DNA of 64,000 nucleotides from Planctomycetota bacterium. Lineage in GTDB: Bacteria; Planctomycetota; Brocadiia; JAADGH01. The position numbers and the translations under genes were made by a program. Below the pieces are notes generated by a model. That model searched no databases, was not told the origin of the DNA, and saw nothing but the letters and a program-made list of their open reading frames with translations. Shown in pieces: positions 56,644 to 64,000 of the stretch; position 1 is the first letter of the stretch, and each line of letters begins with the position of its first letter. The stretch covers positions 64,001 to 128,000 of the forward strand of contig JBFMAD010000002.1 of the NCBI GenBank assembly GCA_040755855.1, in the 5' to 3' direction.

Positions 56644-57630
56644 GTGAAAGAAGCCCTCTATTACGAGAAGTTAGGGGACAAGAAGGTCCGTTGCGTTCTC
56701 TGCCCACAGTTCTGCCGGATCGAGGACGGAAAGACCGGCTTCTGCAGCGGACGGCGCAACCACGGCGGCGTGCTCTACGCCGAAACCTACGGCAGGTGCA
56801 CCTCCGTCGCCATGGACCCGATCGAAAAAAAGCCCCTCTACCACTTCCATCCCGGCACGTTCATCTTCTCTCTCGGCACGATGGGGTGCAACTTCGCCTG
56901 CGACTTCTGCCAGAACTGGCAGATATCCCAGGCAGCCGCCGCGCTCCAGGACATCACCTCCGCCGAGATAGTGGACGCCGCCCGGCGCGAAGGCTCCATC
57001 GGCGTCGCCTACACCTATAACGAACCGCTCGTCTGGTACGAGTTCGTTCTCGACACGGCGATGCTCGTCCGCGAAAAGGGCCTGAAGAACGTGCTCGTCA
57101 CCAACGGGTTCATCAACCCGGACCCGCTGGAGAAACTGCTGCCCTACATTGACGCGATGAACATAGACATCAAGAGCATCAACCCCAACTTCTACAAGGA
57201 ACGCTGCAAGGGTAAACTGGGGCCGGTTCAGGAGACGGCCAAGACCGCCGTCGAGGCGTGTCATGTGGAGATTACGAACCTGGTCATCCCCGGCCATAAC
57301 GACTCGAAACTGGAGCTGGGCATGCTGGCCGACTGGATCGCGGAGAATCTCGGCGAGGACGTCCCCGTTCACCTCTCGGCCTATTTTCCCCGGCACAAGC
57401 TCCAGGCCCCCGCGACGAGCGGCGAGACCCTGGCTATGGCCTACGAGATCTTCAAACAACGGTTGAGCTATGTCTATGTAGGCAACATGATTCTACCCGT
57501 CGGGGCGGAGACGAACTGCCGCCAATGTGGCGCCACGCTCGTGGCCCGCAGGGGATATCAGATCAGCATCCGCAACCTGTCCGACGGCAAGTGCGGCGTC
57601 TGCGGGGCGGAGAACAATATCGTTAGATAA
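56644..57630 (+). CDS. amrS: AmmeMemoRadiSam system radical SAM enzyme
   Basis: C.LCP..C, DPIEKKPLYHF, GCNFACDFCQNWQISQ, AYTYNEP, YVYVGN, C-terminal Zn ribbon. Confidence 0.88.
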   Translation: MKEALYYEKLGDKKVRCVLCPQFCRIEDGKTGFCSGRRNHGGVLYAETYGRCTSVAMDPIEKKPLYHFHPGTFIFSLGTMGCNFACDFCQNWQISQAAAALQDITSAEIVDAARREGSIGVAYTYNEPLVWYEFVLDTAMLVREKGLKNVLVTNGFINPDPLEKLLPYIDAMNIDIKSINPNFYKERCKGKLGPVQETAKTAVEACHVEITNLVIPGHNDSKLELGMLADWIAENLGEDVPVHLSAYFPRHKLQAPATSGETLAMAYEIFKQRLSYVYVGNMILPVGAETNCRQCGATLVARRGYQISIRNLSDGKCGVCGAENNIVR

Positions 57631-57813
57631 GTATTGCATTTGTTTTCTCGAGTTGTTTGTGGTATAATTCGTGGGACTGGATAAACCTCTCCTCTACCAG
57701 CCGGCCTGCGAGGGAAAATATTTTTCCCTCGAAGGGCGGTATTCCATTTTTAACAGACCCGGACAGGCTGTGTATGGACGGGCGGTATTAGGGGAGGCCA
57801 AACTGGGAGAGCC

Positions 57814-60800
57814 ATGCAGCTATCAAAATTAGAACTCGTCGGTTTCAAATCGTTTGCGGACAAAACCGAATTCTCCTTCGAGCCCGGCGTCACCGCCTTT
57901 GTGGGACCGAACGGCTGCGGAAAGAGCAACATCGTGGACGCCGTCAAATGGGTCCTCGGCGAGCAAAGCGCCAAGTCCCTCCGCGGGGCCGAGATGCAGG
58001 ACGTCATCTTTAACGGCGCAACCAGCCAGAAGCCCAAGGGCTACGCCGAGGCGTCGCTCACCATCCAGAACCACAAAAAACTCCTCGCCATTGAGTTCGA
58101 CGAGGTCTGCGTCACCCGCCGCCTCTATCGCTCCGGCGAGTCCGAGTACCTCCTCAACAAACAGCCCTGCCGCCTGAAGGACATCCGCGAGCTCTTCATG
58201 GACACCGGCGTCGGCTGTGACGTCTACTCCGTCATCGAGCAGGGCCAGGTGGACCGCCTCGTCGCCGCCAACGCCAAGGAGCGGCGGATCGTTTTCGAGG
58301 AGGCCGCCGGCATCAGCAAGTTCAAGGCCAAGCGCGAGGAGAGCCGCCGCACCCTCGAGCGCGTCAAGCAGCGGCTCGAGCACGTGGACCACGAACTCCA
58401 GTGGGTGCAGAAGGACCTCCGCTCCGTCCAGATACAGGCCGGCAAGGCGCGTAGTTACAAAGAGGCCGAGGCCAAAGTGCGCGAGCTTACCATCGCCCTC
58501 TCCCTCTCCGAACACCTCAGAAGAAAGGCCCAGGAGAAGGAACTCCGCGAACAGATCAGCGCCCTCGCCGCGCAGCAGGAGGATGCCCGCAACGCCGTGG
58601 CGCGCATCGAAGCCGAACAGGCCCAGATCAACGCCGACGCCGTGACCCTCGAACGCAAGCTCGGCGACGCCCGCACCGAACAGAGCCAGACCGACAGCCG
58701 CATCCGCGCCGCGGAAGAGCGCGTTCGCGTCGAGCAAAACCGCATCGCCGACCTCGACGAGCGGGAGTCGGCCGCGTGCGAAACCGAGAAGGCCGCCCGC
58801 GCCCGCGTAGAGGAACACCGCGATGAGCTCGCCCGCAAGGAGCGCCTCCGCGATTACTTCGAGAATGTGATTCAACAGGGCGCCGAAACGAACGACGCCC
58901 TCTCCGCCACACTGGAAGATCTGACCCGGGGATGCGCGGGCCTCGAACAGCAAATCGAGCAACGCAAGGCCGCGGTCATCGCCAAAACCGCCGTCGTCGC
59001 CAACCTTTCCAACGAGATATCAACCCTCGCCGCCCGGCGCGCCTCGTCGGAGCACAACATCACCCGCCTTCGCCAACGGCAGGAGGAGGTCTCCCGCACC
59101 CTGGAGGAGGCCCTCGCAAGGGAAAACGTCCTGACCCGAGAACGCGATGAACTATCGAGCCGCATGGTGCAACTCCAGGAAACGTTTGCCGGCAAGGAGC
59201 AACTGCTGGAGCACGGGGAGAAGGCGCGCGCAGATATCGAAGATCGCCTGCGTCGAGAGCGTGAAGAACTCGTCAAGTGCGAATCGCGGCGATCCGCCCT
59301 GCAGGAGATCGAAGCCCGGGCCGAAGGGATCGGCGAAGGCGTCCAGGCCGTCATTGCCGAGGCGACCCGCGAGGGCGCCACCCTCGCCGGCGTGAAAGGG
59401 ATCGTCGCCGACTTCATCAAGGTGGAGCTCGAGCACGCCCTCGCCATCGAGACGGCCCTCGGAGAAGGGGCGCAGTTCATCGTTACCGAAACCACGGCGG
59501 ACGCCGCCTCGGCCATCGAGTTCCTGAAGTCCTCGAACAGCGGCCGCGGCGGATTCCTGCCGATGGACCGCGTCGCCGCGAAGGACGGAATTTCACCCGA
59601 GCTCCTTTCTGAGCCGGGGGTCATCGGGCGCGCCTCAGATCTGGTGCGCGGCGCGGAAACCGACCGCGCCCTCTTCGAACACCTGCTCGGCGACGCGATT
59701 GTGGTGGACCGCTTCGACACCGCCCTGCACCTCAGCCGCAACGGCGGGGCGCGCCATCGAATTCTGACCCTTGCCGGCGAGAGGATCGAACCGGCCGGCG
59801 CCATCGTCGGCGGCGCGCGACCGTCCGGCGACTTGATCACCCGCCGAAGCGAGCTGGCCAGCCTCGAGGGGCAGATCGCCAACCTGAAGCAGAGCGTGGC
59901 CTTGCTCGAATGGGAACACCGCCAGACGCTCGCCGCCCTGGGCAAAGTCCGCGATGATATGGAGACCCTGAAAGGTCAGGTGGACCAGTGCCATATAGAA
60001 CGGGCCGCCAGGGAAAGTCAACTCGCCCAGTGGGTCGAGCGCCGCGAGAAGGCCGCCGAGGAACATTCCGTCAACGAGAGCGAAATCGAGGCCATCCGGG
60101 CCGAGATGGACGAGAGCCGCCGGCGCGAGGCGGAACTGCGGAACGAGATCGAACGGATCGAGGCGGAGCGCGCTCGCATTGAGGGGGAAGTGAGCATCGG
60201 CCAGGAGACGCTCAAAGACCATCGCGAAATCCGCACCGACGTGGACGCAACGGTGCGGGACCTGCAGGCCGAACTGGCCCGGCTGAGGAGCGACCAGGCA
60301 AACCGCATCGGCCGCATCGAGTCCGTTGAGCGCCTCATCGCCGAACACCTGAGCCGCGCGGACAACGCGGCCGCTGAGATCCGGCTTTGCCGCCAGCGAA
60401 AAGCCGAAGCCGAGCGGGAGATCGAATCCAGCAAACGGCTCGCCCAGGAACTCGCTCTGCGACGGGAAGAGATACAGCGACAGATCGAGCAACTCATCGC
60501 CGCACAGTCCGAGATCGAGCAGCGAAAGCAGGCGGTGGAGGCCACCCGCAGAGACGCGCAATCGCGCCTGGCCGAGATCACGGCCAAACTGCAGGAACTG
60601 CACGTCCAGGAGGCCCAGTGCCGGACCGAGATCAATGCGCTGGAGGAGCGGGCCCGCGAAGGGTACGAAATTGATCTCGGCACATTAGATCCGGATAAAA
60701 CCATTCCTCCTGACTTCAATCCCGATGTCGCAAAAGAAGAGATTCAAAAGCTGCATGAGAAAATTCGCCGCCTCGGCGCCGTGAACCTTGCCGCCCTGGA

Positions 60801-61428
60801 CGACCAGAAGGCGCTGCAGGAGCGGTTGGACTTTCTCACCGCCCAGCGGGACGACCTGGCCAAATCCGAGCAGGATCTCCATCGCGTGATCCGCCACCTC
60901 AACCGCGAGTGCCGCGAACGATTCATGAAGACCTACGAGGCCGTGCGGGAGAACTTCAAAATTCTATTTCGCAAACTCTTCGGCGGCGGACGGGCCGACA
61001 TCATCATCGAAGAGAACCTCGACGAAAACAGCGACCCCCTCGAGGCGGGCATCGAAATCCTCGCCCAACCCCCAGGCAAGGCCCCCAGCAGCATCTCGCT
61101 CCTATCCGGCGGCGAGCGAACGTTGACTACCGTCGCCCTCCTTTTCGCCATCTTCAAGGCCAAGCCGAGCCCCTTCTGCATCCTTGACGAAGTGGACGCC
61201 GCCCTCGACGACAAGAATGTCGGACGATTCGTCGAGTTGCTGCAGGAATTCCTGAGCGATTCTCAATTCATTATCATAACCCACAACAAGCGGACGATGA
61301 GCGTCGCGGACATCCTCTACGGCATCACCATGCAGGACTCCGGCGTCAGCAAGCGAGTGGCCGTCAAATTCGAGCGCGGCGAGCCCCTTGCCGAAGCCCC
61401 TATCTCCAGCGAACATCTCAACGGCTGA
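57814..61428 (+). CDS. smc: Chromosome segregation protein SMC
   Basis: GFKSFAD, GPNGCGKSN, long coiled coils with central hinge, LGAVN, LSGGE, PFCILDEVDAALD, ITHNK. Confidence 0.96.
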   Translation: MQLSKLELVGFKSFADKTEFSFEPGVTAFVGPNGCGKSNIVDAVKWVLGEQSAKSLRGAEMQDVIFNGATSQKPKGYAEASLTIQNHKKLLAIEFDEVCVTRRLYRSGESEYLLNKQPCRLKDIRELFMDTGVGCDVYSVIEQGQVDRLVAANAKERRIVFEEAAGISKFKAKREESRRTLERVKQRLEHVDHELQWVQKDLRSVQIQAGKARSYKEAEAKVRELTIALSLSEHLRRKAQEKELREQISALAAQQEDARNAVARIEAEQAQINADAVTLERKLGDARTEQSQTDSRIRAAEERVRVEQNRIADLDERESAACETEKAARARVEEHRDELARKERLRDYFENVIQQGAETNDALSATLEDLTRGCAGLEQQIEQRKAAVIAKTAVVANLSNEISTLAARRASSEHNITRLRQRQEEVSRTLEEALARENVLTRERDELSSRMVQLQETFAGKEQLLEHGEKARADIEDRLRREREELVKCESRRSALQEIEARAEGIGEGVQAVIAEATREGATLAGVKGIVADFIKVELEHALAIETALGEGAQFIVTETTADAASAIEFLKSSNSGRGGFLPMDRVAAKDGISPELLSEPGVIGRASDLVRGAETDRALFEHLLGDAIVVDRFDTALHLSRNGGARHRILTLAGERIEPAGAIVGGARPSGDLITRRSELASLEGQIANLKQSVALLEWEHRQTLAALGKVRDDMETLKGQVDQCHIERAARESQLAQWVERREKAAEEHSVNESEIEAIRAEMDESRRREAELRNEIERIEAERARIEGEVSIGQETLKDHREIRTDVDATVRDLQAELARLRSDQANRIGRIESVERLIAEHLSRADNAAAEIRLCRQRKAEAEREIESSKRLAQELALRREEIQRQIEQLIAAQSEIEQRKQAVEATRRDAQSRLAEITAKLQELHVQEAQCRTEINALEERAREGYEIDLGTLDPDKTIPPDFNPDVAKEEIQKLHEKIRRLGAVNLAALDDQKALQERLDFLTAQRDDLAKSEQDLHRVIRHLNRECRERFMKTYEAVRENFKILFRKLFGGGRADIIIEENLDENSDPLEAGIEILAQPPGKAPSSISLLSGGERTLTTVALLFAIFKAKPSPFCILDEVDAALDDKNVGRFVELLQEFLSDSQFIIITHNKRTMSVADILYGITMQDSGVSKRVAVKFERGEPLAEAPISSEHLNG

Positions 61429-61467
61429 TAACGCTCCGTGCGGGGCGGGCGAGAGGCAGGGGACAGT

Positions 61468-62364
61468 TCATTTATCCCTTCCCCCGTCTCCGCCTTGCGG
61501 GGCCTTCTTGATGGTCCGTTGTATCGGGCGGAACGACAAGTAACCGCACGGCAATAGAATCAAACCCGCCCCGAGCCAAAAGCTCAGCCTCAGTTCCTCA
61601 TTGAAGGCGGCCACGGCTATAATAGTCGAGAGGAGCGGACTCAGGAGTCCCAGCAGGCTGCCGTAGGTCGCTCCGGTGAACTTGTAGGCGTTGGTCATCG
61701 TGAGTTGTCCCACGACCGACAGGGATGCAATTAGGAACAGCATCATCCATTCCCCTTGCGTGGGCCACACCCAATGGGTCCACATCGGCCACAAGACCAT
61801 CGCCAAGCCGAAAAGGCACTGCGACCAGAAGATGTTTGTCGAGCTGTCGGTCTCGCGGCATTTCGTCAAAGCCACGACCGCCATCGCCGAGGTGACCCCC
61901 ACGCTCAGGCCGATCACTTCGCTCGGGGAGAGGCTCAATTCCGCTGCGCCGGTAAACACCCCTATGCCCAACCCGGCCAGTGCGACGGCGAGCCAGTGCC
62001 CCGCCGTTAGCCGCTCGCCGAGGATGGGAATGGCAAACAGCGCCGCGAAGATCGGGTAGGTATAGCTGTAGAGCGCGCCCTTGGCCAGTCCCAACGCCGC
62101 AATCGTCCAAAAGTAAGCGATCACCGCGTATCCGCCGGTGCTGCCCCGGATCGCAATCCAACGCCAGTTGGTCCATTGCATCTTGCGCACGCCGGTAAGG
62201 AACGCAAGCAGGACGCATAGATTCCCCACGAGGAAGCGCACCATAGCCACGGTGTACGGGGATATATGCGGCGAGTCCAGGCTAAGCTTACGGATGAGCG
62301 CGGACATCACCGCGAAGAAGACCGAGGACAGGAGCATCACGAGCAGGCCGCGCTTCACGTGCAT
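61468..62364 (-). CDS. DMT/EamA family transporter
   Basis: About 10 TM segments in two EamA repeats, PIF...LGER; ATG 62364. Confidence 0.85.
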   Translation of the reverse strand: MHVKRGLLVMLLSSVFFAVMSALIRKLSLDSPHISPYTVAMVRFLVGNLCVLLAFLTGVRKMQWTNWRWIAIRGSTGGYAVIAYFWTIAALGLAKGALYSYTYPIFAALFAIPILGERLTAGHWLAVALAGLGIGVFTGAAELSLSPSEVIGLSVGVTSAMAVVALTKCRETDSSTNIFWSQCLFGLAMVLWPMWTHWVWPTQGEWMMLFLIASLSVVGQLTMTNAYKFTGATYGSLLGLLSPLLSTIIAVAAFNEELRLSFWLGAGLILLPCGYLSFRPIQRTIKKAPQGGDGGRDK

Positions 62365-62377
62365 GGATTGTGCACCT

Positions 62378-64000
62378 TTACTTCCCATGCAAAACTTTAT
62401 CCAATTTTTCGATCTGCTCGCCGATGGCTCGGCGAGTCCGCACGGGCGCATCCGGGTCGGGCAGGATGTCGGTCGAGTAGCACCCGCCCTTGTTCGGGAT
62501 AGAAACGATCTCGTTGACACGGTTGAGCGCGACCTCGGCATCGGCCGTGGCGAGACCCTTGGCCTTGGCGCGGGCGATCAGGTCGTTCAAGATGACAAAG
62601 TATTCGTAATCCTCAACCCCCTCGCGCGCCTGCTCCATGCGGACGGAACTCACCGGTCCGTTTACGCCAAACCGCTTGCCGGGGTAGAGAAGATACCCGT
62701 CGCCGTTCGGGTAGCGGACATTGTAGCGCGGCTGGTCGGGAGCGCTGGCCTGGGAGATGTACTGGTGGTAGCCCTTCTCCCACGGGTCGTAGGTCCACCA
62801 CGAGATGCCCCAGAACTCGTAGCCGACGACGTGATACTTCCAGCAGAAGTATGGCAGCAGTCGTTCGATGCCGCAGTAGGGCGTGTCAATGCACATCTGC
62901 CCGTCGGTGGTGAAGATCAGCGTGTCGCCCGCCTGGCGGCGCTCCTCCATCTTCTCCACCGGGAAGCAGCCGTACGCCCCTACGCCCCACGCCTTCAGCG
63001 CGCCGACGTAGCCCGGGACGTAACGCCACGTGCTGGAGTAGGTGAGCAGGTTCGGTTCGATCTCGGCGATGAGCTTGCAGTAGGTTGCCAGATTCGTCAC
63101 GACATAATCATGCGAGAAATGCGGCTCGTCGGAGACGTAGCAGAGCGCCTTCTTGTCCCAGCCCTTCGCGCGCAGGTGGTCCATGTAGGCGGTGAGCGAC
63201 TTGCGGAGGGCCTCTTTGTATTCGGGGGTGAACGCCTCAAAGCCGAAGACCTTCCTCGGCGGGTAGGCCCAGCCGAAGGCGTAGAACATATGGTGTGTGT
63301 AGAAGCTGTTCATGCCCAGGACGTCGAGGCAGTAGTGCGCCGCCTCGTCGAACCCCTTCGTGTCCAGCTCCACCTTCCCGTCCTTGTAGGTAATGTTCAT
63401 CTCCGGCTGGAACCGGTCCGTGCAGACGCGGTGGTCGGCCATGAACTTGTACCACGGGCGGAGCGACTCCGCGTCGGGATAGAGATGGCGCAGCGAGTGG
63501 AAGCGCAGGTCGTAGATCACGCGGAGCCGGGTATCCTTCGGCAGGACGAAGTCCCAGACATGCACCCGGAGACGGACGGCGGTGTGAAAGGCCCCTCGCG
63601 CCTCGACGACAACTTGGCCGTTGTACTCACCCGGCGCGGCGCCATCCGGGACGCGGACCGTGATCCAGACCGGCTGCGACTGGTTCGCCTTCAGATCGAA
63701 CGGCTCGTAGGGCCTTAGCGGATCGGGCCAGTCGCCCGCCCACCCGTCGCACCGCGGCGGGGCCTTGGGGTAGAGGCGGTACCACGGCGGCTGGTTCGAT
63801 TGGTAGTAACTGGTCGGGTAGTCTATGGGGACGTAGCCGACGAGCTCCACCTTGACATTGGCCAGCTTCTCCCCCTTGGCGTTGGCCGGAGGCTCGACCT
63901 TCACGCTGACATCGGATAGGTCGCGCGCGCTGCGCAAGACCAACTGGATCGGCTCGTACTCGTTCCGGGCCGACTGCGCCTCGATCTCCTTCAACTGCAC
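62378..64000 (-). CDS. DUF4091/GH123-like glycoside hydrolase (5' truncated by window edge)
   Basis: ARNEYEPIQ, PDPL, PVWITV.VP...PG.Y.G, SDEP, NGDGYLLYPG, SSVRMEQAREGVEDYEY. Confidence 0.78.
   Translation of the reverse strand: MQLKEIEAQSARNEYEPIQLVLRSARDLSDVSVKVEPPANAKGEKLANVKVELVGYVPIDYPTSYYQSNQPPWYRLYPKAPPRCDGWAGDWPDPLRPYEPFDLKANQSQPVWITVRVPDGAAPGEYNGQVVVEARGAFHTAVRLRVHVWDFVLPKDTRLRVIYDLRFHSLRHLYPDAESLRPWYKFMADHRVCTDRFQPEMNITYKDGKVELDTKGFDEAAHYCLDVLGMNSFYTHHMFYAFGWAYPPRKVFGFEAFTPEYKEALRKSLTAYMDHLRAKGWDKKALCYVSDEPHFSHDYVVTNLATYCKLIAEIEPNLLTYSSTWRYVPGYVGALKAWGVGAYGCFPVEKMEERRQAGDTLIFTTDGQMCIDTPYCGIERLLPYFCWKYHVVGYEFWGISWWTYDPWEKGYHQYISQASAPDQPRYNVRYPNGDGYLLYPGKRFGVNGPVSSVRMEQAREGVEDYEYFVILNDLIARAKAKGLATADAEVALNRVNEIVSIPNKGGCYSTDILPDPDAPVRTRRAIGEQIEKLDKVLHGK

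Overview
GC-rich bacterial chromosomal segment; the sulfatase/glycosidase/DUF4838-rich content and REP-like palindromes suggest a Planctomycetota/PVC-type organism capable of anaerobic growth (inference only). About 50 genes. (1) A surface-glycan modification cluster: GT-C, GT2, WecE-like aminotransferase, sulfotransferase, methyltransferase. (2) Many carbohydrate/sulfate catabolic enzymes. (3) A minus-strand metal/oxyanion-type operon (ArsR, an untracked 45-aa Cys-rich peptide, methyltransferase, MacAB-like exporter, DUF364, tetraheme cytochrome, molybdate/sulfate transporter) followed by hicAB and a PD-(D/E)XK-like gene. (4) pfkA and citrate synthase. (5) A ROK-led catabolic operon with TPP E1 alpha/beta. 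(6) nrdR-nrdD-thioredoxin-like-nrdG-amrS and smc. No rRNA, tRNA, CRISPR array, transposase or integrase was seen. The most striking unexplained signal is in the ROK operon: a +1-frameshifted four-helix-bundle gene is bracketed by inverted 7-bp tandem arrays, and the same heptamer tract recurs directly after the stop codon at three further gene junctions. One of these follows a 32-codon chimeric remnant that duplicates the E1-beta 3' end. A gene-less inverted 8-mer array and several unrelated palindromic elements occupy other intergenic gaps. All functional calls are from motif recognition, not database searches.
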